Shown here: positions 40,387-54,468 of the stretch, one piece after another
Numbering within the stretch: position 1 is the stretch's first letter
How the letters are laid out: the number at the start of each line of letters is the position of its first letter
NCBI RefSeq assembly: GCF_009914755.1
Contig: NC_060930.1
Origin: the human T2T-CHM13v2.0 reference genome, Homo sapiens
Reading direction: 5' to 3' (one strand)
DNA: 64,000 nucleotides
Program-made: the position numbers and the translations under genes
Notes under the pieces: generated by a model
Told to the model about the DNA's origin: nothing
The model's database searches: none
Seen by the model: only the letters and a program-made list of their open reading frames with translations

Positions 40387-43300
40387 GATAAGATTTTTTA
40401 AACAAAGTTAATAAAGTATTTATGTCATGTATAGGCGGAGGACATTAAAAAGATATTTTGAGTATGCAGACACCTTAAACAATAAATGATAAACGAATTA
40501 CGTAGAAAACATCCCAGGCCCACAAAAAATGAAGCACAATAATGTCAAACTCAATACCAAATTCATGTGCTCAATCATTTCTGTCCTCATTGGTGCCAGG
40601 ACCAGCATAAGTTCTGGGGCTTCAGGCCCAACTGCCAAAAGAGGTTTGTCCTTCAGAAACCCACAGACCAGAAAGGAAAAGAGACAGGTTTAAAAAAAAG
40701 TTATACAAAATTATGTTGTGAGTAATACAATAAGTTCCAGCATACACAATCTGTTTTGATTTAATTATAGTAATTACATCATCTACATAATTTTTGGTTT
40801 ATTCAATCCATACTCTACATGTTCTCTTTCTATTGCATGTCAACTTCCTTGAGAGCAGAAGTATTGCATTAATAAGTTTTATGCAACCAATTGCTTTTCT
40901 TTCAGTGCTTCCTTTTTATTTAATGATCAAATGTTTCTTCATCTCATATTTACTCTCCCCAGAGTCAGGTTAGCCCAGTGAAATCTAATGGGCTTAGGGT
41001 CAAATATTGCCAAAGTCCCTTACCAACTTGCTTACCTACTGGGAGTGTGTAACCCCTCTGCGCCTCATTTTCCACCAACAACATTGAGAAACAGGATACT
41101 CAGTGTCTCTTTGACACATACACACTCATATTCACACACACAAATTCAGATCATTGCTTGCAATTTAGCTTATTATTGTTAGTCATCTGAACATATCAAA
41201 CACTTCCAAACACTCCAACTCACTGGAGTTTTGCTCCCTCAATATATCTATTTTTAAGCACTGGAAGGGGGTTCTACATGCCAGCAATTTGGTTCCCTCT
41301 AAACATCCTTGAAAATGTTTATTTGAAAAGATTACCTTGTTTTCCTTCAGGATTAAGACATGGTCACTGCAGACAGAGATGATTTGGAAAGATGGCAAGC
41401 AGTTTTTGATAGCTCCTCAGAGACTCCCCTTGTTAAATGAATATACCTGCAGAAAAAACAAAATGCATTCCAGCCCACACACGTTAGAGACATTTTTCAA
41501 ACACCTAGATGAGAGAAGATAGCTATTACAAATAACATATTTGTTGGAGAGAGTGAAGAAATCACAAACTGGCTTGGATAAATACTATTAAATGCATACT
41601 TTGCCTGCCGATTGCGACAGTTTCCCTCTGGCACTCACTGACAAGCTTGGCTCCAGCTGTAAATTAGGTTGCAAAACTTCCTTGTCAGAGAACTCGCCCT
41701 GTGAGGAGGACTCAACCCTGGCTCTGAATCTGCAAGGACAGAAAAATCAATGTGACAGAGAAGCAGTTGCTTGTGTCAGGCCTCACCAAGGAGAGAAAAG
41801 GCTTTAAATTAATCATGATTTAAGGATGCTGGCAAAACAGTGCAAAGGCACATTCCTGGTGTCTCTGAGAAAAGGGAAAAAGGAGCCTGGAGCACTTTGC
41901 GGATGCTCCCCACAGATCCTGCCCTTCTGTTATAAACAGAATTCAGTGTTTACTGTGGGGATGAGAAAGCACTATGGATCTCGTGTAAACAGATAAAATG
42001 CAACAAGATTGATAAAAGTTTGGTGAAGCAGTATTGGTCAGTGTGTAGCATGGGGATAAATGAAAGTTTCATCTTCTCTCCTAGAACCTATGAATGAATT
42101 AAATCACCTGGGAGGATTTCAGGTCATATAGTAAATTTTGATGTCCCACAATAAGAAAAAGCTGGCTTGAACCTCTTATCTGGAGAGGGATCAAAAATCG
42201 CCTTCTGGAGATGCCTTTTTAAAAAATGTCTCACCTATGTTGGACAATGGGGGCATCTGGATGAGGGAAATCAATTTTTTTGCCTGGCTTATGCTTTGGA
42301 GCAGTGGCTTTAAAATGTCCAAAAAGACCTACTAAGATTACTGTTAAACTGCCACCATTATACGGTACCAGTGAAGCAGTGAGCCCCCAAGGTAGAGGTA
42401 AGACCTACCTCAGATGTCAGTCACTGTTGGCCAAGGAAGATCATGTTAGGAAACATCCACCTCTGCTACCAATTTAGGCAATCGAGTCTCTGCACTAGAG
42501 AAAATGACATCCCGGACAGCTGATTTCAGACAGACTTTGTTCCTGTGTCAGGTACCACACCTTTCCAGTTTGGGTACAAGAACTCAAGTCAATGAGCCAG
42601 ATTCATTTATTTTCATAAGTCGTCTCTGACTACAGGACCAGGGTTGCTCTGGGCCTTCGACTGGCCTCAACTATGTCAGTTGTTTGTCATGATGACACAA
42701 CCGTTATTCTCCAGTTTTTTCCCCTACAAGTGGAGAGACATCCAATGAGGACCAAACAGGATTAGACCCTATTGTTAAAAGTTTCCTTTGGCTTTATTTT
42801 ATAGTATCATCTCTATCATCATAAATCAATCATGAAACACAAGATGTTCCACCAAGCACTACACAAGCGAACTACATAGATGTTGTACCTACCCACTAGG
42901 GCTTGTGATAGAAACGACAGAGCACTTAAACTATGCAAATATGACAAGTCCCTATAAACAACAGAGTACAGAAGTTAAATCAGCAGGAAATAGAAAATAC
43001 AAGCATATGCAGAAAACTGAGTGGTAGGGATGAACAATACTGGTAAATATTATTACTATACACTTTTAAAAAAATAGGGAAATCTGAAATCCGAGATAAG
43101 AAAAAGAAAAAATTTATACAGCTATGCTGCACTAGAAACATGAACAGCTAACACATAGCCTCATTATAATAAAACCTTTTTGGCAACATTGGGTAACAAG
43201 CAGCTTCCAAAAACAACACCATTCCAATATTTTATTTAAAAAGAAAAAGAATGTGTAGCCATCAGTGCAATTTTCCTTGAAAATGAACAGGTTTCATTTG

Positions 43301-43687
43301 TACCAAGGGAAATTACCAGAAAAGCTGTAGACACTCCCTCTCAGGAGATCTTTATAAATAGTATAACTTTTCACCTGTTTTGTGTGGCTCTCTCAGAAAG
43401 CAGATAACAGGCAAGGAAATCCTTTCAAAATCCTCTTTCTGTGTCTCATTCTGGGTTATTCTCCAGTTATTCCACCTATTTGCCTTTGCCTCATCTTGCA
43501 GTCAACACTCTTGAGAAAGGACAGTTAAAAAGGAAGAAACAAATAGATGTCAGCACTCCTGAGAGAAAGCTAGAATAGCTAATAAATATACAATCCTTTA
43601 TATATTCCAAGAGCTACTTAGTGCTCTACCGGAGTTTTCAAATAGAAGAAAAATCTGTTGCAATCTTCTTGTCTAGACCAAATCCAT

Positions 43688-43877
43688 AGCCAACAAAAAC
43701 CTTTCCATATGCCAAGTCCTAAGCTGAACATTTTATATGAGTGGTCTTATTCAATCTCACCACAACCCTATGAAATAGGCATTTTATTATTCCCATTTTA
43801 TAGATCAGAAAGCAGAGTCTTAGAAAGATTTTCTTGCACAAACTAACAGAAGTGCGATCTGTTGGAGCTAAGATTAG
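43688..43877 (-). mobile_element. MIR (interrupted by MLT1 at 43878)
   Basis: CACAACCCTATGAAATAGG...CCCATTTTATAGATCAGAAAGCAGAG. Confidence 0.8.
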
Positions 43878-44613
43878 TGTAATTAGTTTCCTATGGCAGC
43901 TGTAAAAAAATTATAATAAACAAGTGGCTTAAGATGACACACATTTTTGCTTGGGCCCAGGAGTTCAAGACCAGCCTGGGAAACATAGGAAGACCTCATC
44001 TCTACAAAAATAAAAAATTAGCCTCACGTGGTGGTGCACACCTGTAGAACTAGCTACTCAGGAAGCTGAGGCAAGAGGGTTGCTTGAGCCTAGGAGGTCG
44101 AGGTTGCAATAAGCTATGACTGTACCACTGCACTCCAGCCTGAGCAACAAAGTGAGACCCCCTTCTCAAAATAAATAAATGCATAAATAAATAACACAGT
44201 TTTTTTCTCTTACAATTCTGGAGGTCAGACTGCCAAAATCAGGTACAGTGGGCTAAAATCAAAGAACCAGTAGAGCTCTTTCTGGTGGCTCTGGAGGAAA
44301 ATCTGTTTCCTTACCTGTGCCAGGAGGGATGCAGTCCTCATTCCTCAGCTTCTGGACTGGCATCACATCCCCTTTCCTCTTCCTGTTCTTTCGTCACATC
44401 CCCTTCTCTTCTTCATCAAATATTCCTCTGCCTCCCTCTTATAAGGATATTTGTGATGGCATGTAGGACTTACCTAGATAATCTAAGACAATCTCCCCTT
44501 CTCAAAATCCTTAATTACATCCACAAAATCCCTTTTACCATATAAGGCAGCATTCATAGGTTCCCAGAATTAGGACCTGGATACCTTTGGGAGCTGTTAC
44601 TCTGCCTACCACA
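43878..44613 (-). mobile_element. MLT1C/D-like solo LTR with an internal Alu
   Basis: TGTAATTAGTTTCCTATGGCAGCTGTAA...CTCTGCCTACCACA; perfect 5-bp TSD ATTAG at 43873-43877 and 44614-44618. Confidence 0.9.
43949..44192 (+). mobile_element. 5'-truncated AluJ
   Basis: Starts at GCTTGGGCCCAGGAGTTCAAG; GCTTGAGCCTAGGAGGTCGAGG; (TAAA)n tail. Confidence 0.92.
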
Positions 44614-44764
44614 ATTAGCATTCCAACTATCTCCCATTCTCTTAAGCAGTATACGATCTTTTTTTATAGATGAGTAATTCCTAAAAAGCTGAATGACTGA
44701 TTGTCAGCAAGTGAGTGGGTATCTCATATAAATTAAAGAGGTAAAAGTAAGTCATTTGTATGGA

Positions 44765-44900
44765 TGGTAGCACAGTATTGGCAAGAACCCTGGACTTGCA
44801 GTCAGAAAATGGAGTTTGTTTTCATTAACTAGACATGCAAACTTGGACCAAACACTACATCTCTTGGTATCAGGAATAATAAAGAGTGCCAATTCTCGTC
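44765..44900 (+). mobile_element. MIR fragment
   Basis: GTAGCACAGTATTGGCAAGAACCCTGGACTTGCAGTCAGAAAA. Confidence 0.6.
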
Positions 44901-44999
44901 AATAGTAGTAGAGAAGGATTCCACAAATCTCTACAAGTTTCATGGGAAATGTTGGACCCAATTATCAGTGTCTGCCCTGCTTAATCCTTAACCGCCAGA

Positions 45000-45001
<2 letters not shown>

Positions 45002-45040
<39 letters not shown>

Positions 45041-45155
45041 AGATGGGGGTCTCCCTATGTTTCCTGGGCTGGTCTCAAACTCTTGGCCTCAAGCGATTCT
45101 TCTACCTTGGCCTCCCAAGTGCTGGGATTACAGGTATGAGCCACCACACCCAGCC
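45002..45155 (-). mobile_element. FLAM / free left Alu monomer with a T38 tail
   Basis: T-run followed by a left-arm-only sequence GAGATGGGGGTCTCCCTATG...CACACCCAGCC. Confidence 0.9.
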
Positions 45156-45189
45156 TCTAGTCTTTTTTAACTCCAATTTTATATGATTC

Positions 45190-45549
45190 AAGCCAGGATT
45201 GCCATCATCTGCATGCTTGAATGCGGCTGGAGAATCCATTTCCAAGATGGCTTCTTCACATGGCTATTGGTAAGAGGCCTCAATTTCTTGTAACTCAGGG
45301 CAATCCATAGGCCACTTGATTGTCCTTACAACATAGTGATTGGCTTCCCCCAGAGCAAATACTCCAGCAGAGAAAGCAAGGCAGAAGCTACAAAATGTTT
45401 TATGGCCTAGCCTTGGAAATGACATACCATACCATCACTTCTGTGCTCCATTGGTCATACACATTTATCCTTATACAGTGTGAGAGGGAGCTGCATCAGG
45501 TCATGGATACCAGGAGACAGAGTTGATCACCTAGAGGCTGATCGCCACA
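45190..45549 (-). mobile_element. MLT1 (F/G/H-like) LTR part
   Basis: GGCTGGAGAATCCATTTCCAAGATGGC...CACATGGCT...TTATGGCCTAGCCTTGGAA...GCCACA. Confidence 0.75.
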
Positions 45550-45617
45550 ATAAACCATGTGGACTAGTGCTTCCCAATAGCACTTCCATGTTGGTGTATA
45601 TCTAGAGACCTCATCAG

Positions 45618-46104
45618 TGTTGGAGAGAAAAAGTATTCTTTTCCTCACCTATAGGTGGGTTCACGGCCAAGATCAGTAAAACAAAACACAGATTTAAAGC
45701 ATATGAATTTATCTAGTGTTAAGTTTCATGAGACACAGGAAATTTCAGAGATGAAGACCCAAAGAAACAGGGAAATCTGTGTGTTTTTATGGTTAGTCAT
45801 CCAGAAGTATCATTGGAAGACAAGTAGGTATGACCTAATGGTAATAAATGGGGGAATTTAGCAAGGCCAGTTTGCTCAGATTCTGTGATATGTTTCTGTA
45901 TCTTCACTCATTTCTTCTGGGCCTAGGGAGAATGCCTCTGATATGAGGGTCTTACAACCTACTGTAGATGTAGGTCAGAGAATTCTTTTATAGGATGTTT
46001 CAGGGGAGAATGTCCAGAGAATGTCAAAGAGACTTTTCCACTTCTGCTGTTTTCTCAAATGTCAAGGTGCCATATTTGGGGGTAGTATTTCCTGAAACCT
46101 ACCA
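45618..46104 (-). mobile_element. ERV1-class solo LTR (MER34/MER39-group-like; exact family uncertain)
   Basis: Reverse start TGGTAGGTTTCAGGAAATACTACCCCCAAATATGGCACCTTGACATTTGAGAAAACAGCAGAAG; TG...CA termini. Confidence 0.7.
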
Positions 46105-46289
46105 AAGCCTGCAATTCATTATACTTTGTGATGGTTAAGAGTGCTTTGTGGCTTTCAAGAAGAAGGCTAGAATCATAAAACTTGCATTTTTAAGAAGAAC
46201 GCTCTGGCAGCAGAGCAGAGTATTGGGGTAATGTGGGTCCCTACTGCCTCTCAGATGCCCAAGACTCTCATGCAAACTGCTATCCTGGC

Positions 46290-46800
46290 CTTCTAGCCCC
46301 ACATGTGTTCCCAGCCTCTTCTTTCCATGTTTTCCATCTCTAGCTACTGTGACATTCTTATTATTCCCAAGACAGGCCTGGTTCTCTTCAGACCATGCCT
46401 TGAATATCCTTCTCTGCTCAAAATGCCACATTTTCTACAAAGTCTCCTCCGAGTCCTGAGATAGAGCAAGTAGCTATTTCTAGTGTTTCCATAGCACTAT
46501 GTTCATCTCTCTGTCATAGTATTCATCATGCTTTTCCTTCAATAATTTGGTTATGTTTTATTCCTCCAAAGATTCTCTGCATCCCTTGATGGCAGGGACC
46601 AAGGCTTTGCCCTATGGCCAGAATATATCAGAGCACATAACAGATTTTTTTTGAATTAATGAATAGACTTCTTTCAATAAGTTATCTTTCTAATACACTT
46701 AGTGAACACCAACTAACTAACAGGCACTCTGCTCGATCCCAAGTTACACACTAGTGATCAGTATGGTCAGGTCCCTGCTTCCAGGATGCATAGAGTGTAT
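46290..46800. mobile_element. L2 3' fragments (plus, then minus)
   Basis: CCTTGATGGCAGGGACC...TTGAATTAATGAA; CTTAGTGAACACC...CAGGCACTCTGCT...GGTCCCTGCTTCC. Confidence 0.6.
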
Positions 46801-47454
46801 CCTTATATGATACTTCATCAATGACAATATCCTTGTTCCCTCTCTTTCTCATTCCATTTTCTATTTTCTTACTACCTTTCTGTCTGTTTCCAGCTGTTCT
46901 TTTTTCCTTGATGCTTCCCTAAGCATGACATTGCACACATGGGCATTGCTTAGATTGCTTAGTGTCTCTAATAAAGAGATAGCTATAATGGCCAACAAGT
47001 TACCCCAGGCCCAGGTTTAGATTATGATCTTCATGTTGCCTGCAAAGCTATGGGTACATGAAAACCTATTCCCATTTCCCAGATATCACTTAGAGAAAAA
47101 TGAAGGAAAAAATAAGTCCTCCCATGGCTGCATGACTTGAAATTTTTATCTTTTCTTATCTTCACTGTCCCAAGTGAGTCAAATGCTCAAAACTGTTATT
47201 GTCTTTTAAAATGTTGATTAAACTAGTAGTGTTAGTGAAGATGATATAACTACCTAGAAGATATATGCTCCATCACTGCAGGAAATTTGGTCTCTTTTTA
47301 CCTTGATAGACTCACAGCTCCTAGAATATTGTTAGCACATAGCAATGCTCATTGAACATTTTAAAATGTGTTCCTTGATGCTATAATTTCTTTTCCATTC
47401 ATGCTAGGTTTAAAGATTACCTGAACTATTTTCCATTAAAAATGGCTTATGTGG

Positions 47455-47600
47455 CTCAGTCAGGTCACTAAACCTAAGTCTTGGTTGTCTTTTCATAAAA
47501 CAGGGACCTCATTAGTACCTCCCTTGCATGGGAATGTTTCGAGTATAAGAGAAAATGCATGCAAAGCATGTAGTCTAATGTCTTCCTAGACTACAAACTG
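47455..47600 (+). mobile_element. MIR fragment
   Basis: CAGGTCACTAAACC...CATAAAACAGGG...TAGTACCTCCCTTGCATGG. Confidence 0.6.
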
Positions 47601-47754
47601 AAGAAATGCATTGAGGCTGAATCCAGGGTCTATCTAATAATCTTTTATTCTCTGTACACATCGTTTAAAAAAAATGCTTATCTCTGGTTGTCCATTATAC
47701 ACCGAGTAGACTGGCTTTCTTTAAAGTTAGGCTCTTTGAAACACAGGATATATC

Positions 47755-48775
47755 AAATCAAAACTTATTAAGCACTTGTAATGTACCAGTTATTATGTTA
47801 GGTACTAGAAATACAAAGAAAAACTAAGATATATTCCTTTACCTAAAGAACTTTACTATCTCATAAGGAAAATAGACAACGTAATGGAAAATTACAGAAC
47901 AAGATGTGAGGTTTACTAAGACTGAGACAGAAAAAAGGATCATTTAGGGGGAGCACCCGACCCAGCCTGGGAAAGAAGGAGATTAAGGGAGGTTTTCCAG
48001 AGGATGTTAGTTACAAAGAAGTCGGGGTTAGAGGAGCTGCTCTGAGTGGAAGGAGCAGGCTGAACAAAAGAACCAGGAGCAGAAATGACATGATCAATTA
48101 AGAGCATGCAGGTGACACGTTTTGACTGGGGCACATAAAGAAAAACAAAATTATGTCAAGAACTAAAGCTGTGCGATCGTGAGCACAAGTCAGGTCTGCA
48201 TGAAAGGGCTTTGTATGTCATGCTGTCGATTTTCAACTGTGTCTTTATGGCTAATGGAAAACCCATGAGTAATTTTAAGCAAGAGGGTATCATCACCAGC
48301 TTTGCACTCTAGAAAGATCACTGCAGTGAAAATGTAAGGATTTTACCTTACATTTTCTGGAAGGATACTAGCAGGGGTTCACAGCCTTTGGTATGCATAG
48401 CAATTACCTACAATTCTTTTTCACTAGGTCTGATTGGTTTCAAACATAGGGGATTTGGATGCAGAAAATCTGTGATTTATACTTTGAGAAACAGGAAGAA
48501 TTAAAAACAAAAACAAACAACAACAAACTATTGCAGTAATCTAGGAGTTGAGTTATGAGGGTGTCCACAAAGGCAATGGTAGTGAGATTGAAGAAAGTAG
48601 CTGAACTTGAAAAATATTAACAAGAACCTGGAGATTAACTAGATGTGAAGAAAGGAAGAGGGGAGACAGAGGCCTAGACAAGTGGATAGACTTTCCATGA
48701 GATGAGAAATCACTGGAAATAGCAGGGCTGGAAAGAAAGCTGATTATTTCTTTCTTCATATATCGAAGAGGAGGT
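47755..48775 (-). mobile_element. L2 LINE
   Basis: AAACTTATTAAGCACTTG...TAGGTACTAGAAATACA...TTTTAAGCAAGAG...AGAAAGATCACTGCAG...CTATTGCAGTAATCTAGG. Confidence 0.75.
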
Positions 48776-49351
48776 ACTTTGAAATATCCCTTTGGAGCTT
48801 TACTGTGTTGGGGTTTGAGAGGTCCAATAAACATCACCCCTCTTTCCTACCTGAGTTTGGGACTAATTGAGAGGAATCTAGCATTTGGAAAAGCTATCAC
48901 CTTTGTTACCCTAAAAGCTAGATCTGAAGATGTGGCTTGGGTACTACAGTCCAGAATTGGGCAGATCTACGCACCTAGTCACAAAGGACAGAGCAGGGTG
49001 TGTGCTTCCTGCAGACAGCTGGATTCCAAAAACAAGATGCTGGTCTGGGAAGGTCCAGTTCCTTTCTCTAAACCCACCAAGCAGAAAGACCATATCTTCA
49101 CCCTAGAAAAGTGGTGTGTAAAGGAGATTAGAAAGACCGGAAGTGTTGCTCTGATGGAAGATCCTTTCACAGTGGAGACACCCCAGAAGTAAGGAAAAAG
49201 AATATTCAGTAAGGACTTAGAGAGACATGCATGGGGGCACAAGAGGGCATTCTATGTGAATAGCACTACTAGGAGCTGTGTAAGGGCTGCCTCGGTTTTT
49301 TTTTGTTTTGTTTTTAAAAAGGCGTATAATGAGAAGCAACAAGAACAGGTA

Positions 49352-49869
49352 TATATTCATTTCCTATTGCTGCCATAACAAATTACCTGAAACTTAGAGG
49401 TTTAAACAATACAAATAAATCATCTTACAGTTCTGAAGGTCCTAAGTCCAACACACTCTCACTGGGTCAGAAATCAAGGTGCCAGCAGAATATGTTCTTT
49501 TCTGGAGGCTCTAGAGCGGAATCTTGCCTTTCCCAGCTACATTCTATGGCTACATAGATCCCTACATTCTATGACCCTCGGCCCTCTTCCTTCGTCTTCA
49601 AAACCAACAATGGACAGCTGAGTTCTGCTCACATGGCCCTACTCTGACCTCTTTTGCCTTCCTTTTCTACTTTTAAGCACCCTTGTGATTACACTGGGCT
49701 CATCCAAATAATCCAGGATAATGTTCCCATTTTAAAGTCAACTGATTATCAACTTTAATTCCCCTTCCCATGTAACCTAACATATTCTCAGTTTCCAGAG
49801 ATTAGGACAGGGACACGTCTGGGAACCGAGGGAGGACTGGGGGAGGGAGGCATTGTTCTGCCTACCACA
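49352..49869 (-). mobile_element. MLT1D/C-like solo LTR
   Basis: TTTCCTATTGCTGCCATAACAAATTACC...AATCCAGGATAAT...GCATTGTTCTGCCTACCACA. Confidence 0.88.
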
Positions 49870-50897
49870 AAGCACTTTTCTAAAACATGGGAAGCACCAG
49901 CTTTTGTAGGTGTTCTAGGAACAGTATTTGGATGTACTTCACGGTGAAGAAAATAACTGGGCTATGAGAAGAAATGTCACTAAAAGTGCTATTGCCTGGC
50001 TCATAAGTTACCTCAGGAGCAGGAAACTCAACAGAAATCACTTAAAGTCACAGACACACGGATGTAGCTTTGAAAACTGTGAAAGGGGATAACCCATAAT
50101 TTCTTTTTTGATAAAATGACATGCCCCAGGGGTGAGCTAGGTTTGCTTTGACAAGAAAGTAAACAAGGAGCAAGTGAAAGGAAATGAAAAATATATTACC
50201 AAACTCTCATCTTTCAGCTGCTGATGCTGCCTATTGTCAGCTGCAGCAGAGTGTAGAATGGATTTGAAACTGCCACTCATACCATTAGGTGTGTACCTGA
50301 TTCAGCTCTAGGTCTCCATCCTCATAACAGTTCTCCTGTAAAAGGAAATAAATAATTCTGCCTTTAGTTTGTTTCTGTATAGTGTTAGTAAAAAAAAGTC
50401 AGGTTCTGCTTCATTAAGGTCTCTCTTTTTAGTTTGGTAAAACCTTTTGCTTCAAAATGTTTGCTTACACTCTCATTCTTGACTTTGAATCGTGTAAATT
50501 GCATGAATTTCCTAATGTAATTACAGATAGGGCACAACTTCCAGCCTCCCAACCTCCACTACATGAGAAGGTCCACAAATTCTATCCCCCAGAAAGCAAA
50601 TAAAAAGCTGAACAAAAGAATAAAAATAATCACAAAAAAATTGTACACAAATATTTCTCATGAACACAGATACAAAAAATCTTTAACAAAACATGAGCAA
50701 ACTGAATCTAGAAACACATAATTGATTTTCAATATTAAACTCAACTTACATTCCTAGGATGCATTTGGTCATAATATACAATTCAACTAATGTAATATAC
50801 CATATCAGTAGAAAAAAGGACAAACATCACTTTATTATCTCAATAGATGCAGAAAAGAATATTTGGAAAAAAAAACCTTAAAACTATTACCTTCGTG

Positions 50898-51570
50898 TGT
50901 TATAAAATGAATATTTGTATCTCTCCAAATTTCATATATTGAACCCTAATCCCTAACATGAAGGATTTGAATGTGGAGTCTTTAGGGGGTGATTAGATTG
51001 TAAAGGGGGAGCCCTTATAAATGGAATTATAGTAGTTCCCTATTTTCTATGGTTTAGCTTTCCACGGTTTCAGTTACCAGCAGTACAACACAATCAGATA
51101 TTTTTTGAGAGAGACATATTCACCTTATTTTTATTAAATTATATTGTTATTTTATTATTAGTTATTATTAGTTATTGTTAATCTCTTATTGTGCCTAATT
51201 TATATATGAAACTTTATTGTAGGTATGTAGGGGGTTAGGAAAATATATCATATATATGGGGTTCAGTACTATCTATGGTTTTAGGCATCTACTAGGGGTC
51301 TTGGAACATATTCCCTGTAGATAAGGAGGGACTACTGCAGTGCCCTTCTAAAAGAGACCTCAGAGACTCCCTTGGCCCTCCCACCATGTGAGATTACAGT
51401 GAAAAGGCCACCGTCTCTGAATCAGAAAGCAGGCCCTCACCAGATATGAAATCTCTGGCACCTTGATCTTTGATTTCATAGCTCCCAGAACTGTCAGAAA
51501 AACATTTCTGTTGTTGATAAGCAACTCAATCAATAGTATTTTGTTATACCAGCCCAAATGAATTAAGGTA
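50898..51570 (+). mobile_element. MLT1A/MLT1A0 solo LTR, interrupted by MER44A
   Basis: TGTTATAAAATGAATATTTGT...GGAGCCCTTATAAATGGAATTA | GTGCCCTTCTAAAAGAGACC...GTATTTTGTTATACCAGCCCAAATGAATTAAG. Confidence 0.85.
51030..51337 (+). mobile_element. MER44A (Tigger7-derived, Tc1/mariner)
   Basis: TIRs (T)AGTAGTTCCC...GATAAGGAGGGACTACTG; TA target site. Confidence 0.88.
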
Positions 51571-51923
51571 TCTCATATAATATGCAAAAACTAACTCAAA
51601 ACTTATCACAAACCTAAATGGAACAGGTAAACTAGAAAGTTTCCAGTAGAAAATATAGAAGAAAATCTTCATGCCTTTGCATTACTGATAGAGTTCTTAG
51701 TCACCAAAATCACAATCCATAGAAGAAAAAAACTAACAAATTGGACTTCATCAAAATTTAAAACTTTTATACCTCCTCAAAATTAAAGACACTTGCACTT
51801 TATTTTTGAAAATAAAAAAGGAAAGCCAAAAAGTAGAAGAAAATATTTGCAAATCATATATTTGATAAAGGACTTATACCAGGCAACATAGCAAGACCTC
51901 ATCTCTAATTAAAAAATAAATAA

Positions 51924-52219
51924 GGCTGACATGGTGGCACACATCTGTAATCCTAGTACTATGGGAGGCCAAGGCGGTTGGATCACTTGGGTCAGGGGTT
52001 CAAAACCAGCCTGGCCAATATGGTGAAACCCCATCTCTACTAAAATTACAAAAATTAGCCAGGTGTGGTGGCACATGTCTGTAATCCCAGCTACTCAGGA
52101 GTCTGAGACATGAGAATCACTTGAACCTGGGAGGCAGACGTTGGCTTGAGCCAAGACCATGCCATTGCACTCTAGCCTGGGTGACAGAGTGAGACAGTCT
52201 CAAAGAAAAAACAAAAAAA
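51924..52219 (+). mobile_element. AluS-like, preceded by a 40-nt AluJ/FLAM left-arm fragment (51882-51923)
   Basis: GGCTGACATGGTGGCACAC...CTAGCCTGGGTGACAGAGTGAGAC; upstream GGCAACATAGCAAGACCTCATCTCTA. Confidence 0.92.
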
Positions 52220-52413
52220 GTTTCTACCACTCCGTAGGTTTCCTGTTCACTCTGACAACAGTTTCTTTTGCTGTACAGAAAGCTCTTTAGTTTAATTAGA
52301 TCCCATTTGTCAATTTTTACTTTTGTTGCAATCGCTTTCGGTGATTTCATCATGAAATCCTTGCCCATGATTATGCCTTGAGTGGTATTGCCTAGATTTT
52401 TTTCTAGGGCTTT

Positions 52414-52455
<42 letters not shown>

Positions 52456-53185
52456 TCCTTTTTTTGAGACAGGGTCTCACCCTGTTGGCTGACTGGAGTG
52501 CAGTGGTGAGATCTTGGCTCACCCCAATCTCTGCTCCCCCAGCTCAAGCAATTCTCCTGTCTCAGCCTCCCAAGTAGCTGGGATTACAAGCGTGCACCAC
52601 CACGCCCAGCTAATTTTTGTATTTTTAGTAGAGACAGGGTTTTGCCATGTTGGCCAGGGTGGTCTCAAACTCCTGACCTCAGCTGATCGGCCCACCTTGG
52701 CCTCCCAAAGTGCTGGCATTACAGGTGAGAGCAACCGCGCCCAGCCTTCTTCTAGGGTTTTTATAGTTTTGGGTTTTGTATTTAAGTCTTTAATCCATCT
52801 TGAGTTAATTTTTATATAAGGTGTAAGGAAGGGGTTGAAAATCAGATGGTTGTAGATGTGCAGTCTTATTTCTGAGTTCTCTATTCTGTTTTATTGGTCT
52901 ATATGTCTGTTTTTGTGCCAGTACCATGCTGTTTCGGTTATTGTAGCCTTGTTGTAGTTTGAAGTCTGGCAGTGTTATGCCTTCAGCTTCTTACTTTTTG
53001 CTTAGGATTGTCTTGGCTATAAGAGTTCTTTTTTGGTACCATATGAATTTTAAAATAGTTTCTTCTAAATCTGTGAAGAATGTCAATGGTCGTTTAATGG
53101 GAATAGCATTGAATTTATAAATTACTTTCGGCAATATGGCTATTTTCACGATATTAATTCTTCTTATCCATGAGCATGGAATGTT

Positions 53186-53186
<1 letters not shown>
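52220..53186 (-). mobile_element. Inverted 5' segment of a twin-primed L1PA (ORF2)
   Basis: Minus-strand ORF2 peptides MGKDFM..KAIATKVKIDKWDLIKLKSF and [30 protein letters not shown]. Confidence 0.93.
52416..52746 (-). mobile_element. AluS-like inside the inverted L1 segment, (GTT)n tail
   Basis: TSD TTCTAGGG(C/T)TTTTT on both sides (~52402-52415, ~52750-52762). Confidence 0.95.

Positions 53187-54468
<1,282 letters not shown>

Noticed and set aside
48779-49192. 137-aa ORF in non-Alu sequence
   Set aside because: Non-ATG (TTG) start, no recognisable homology or supporting splice structure.
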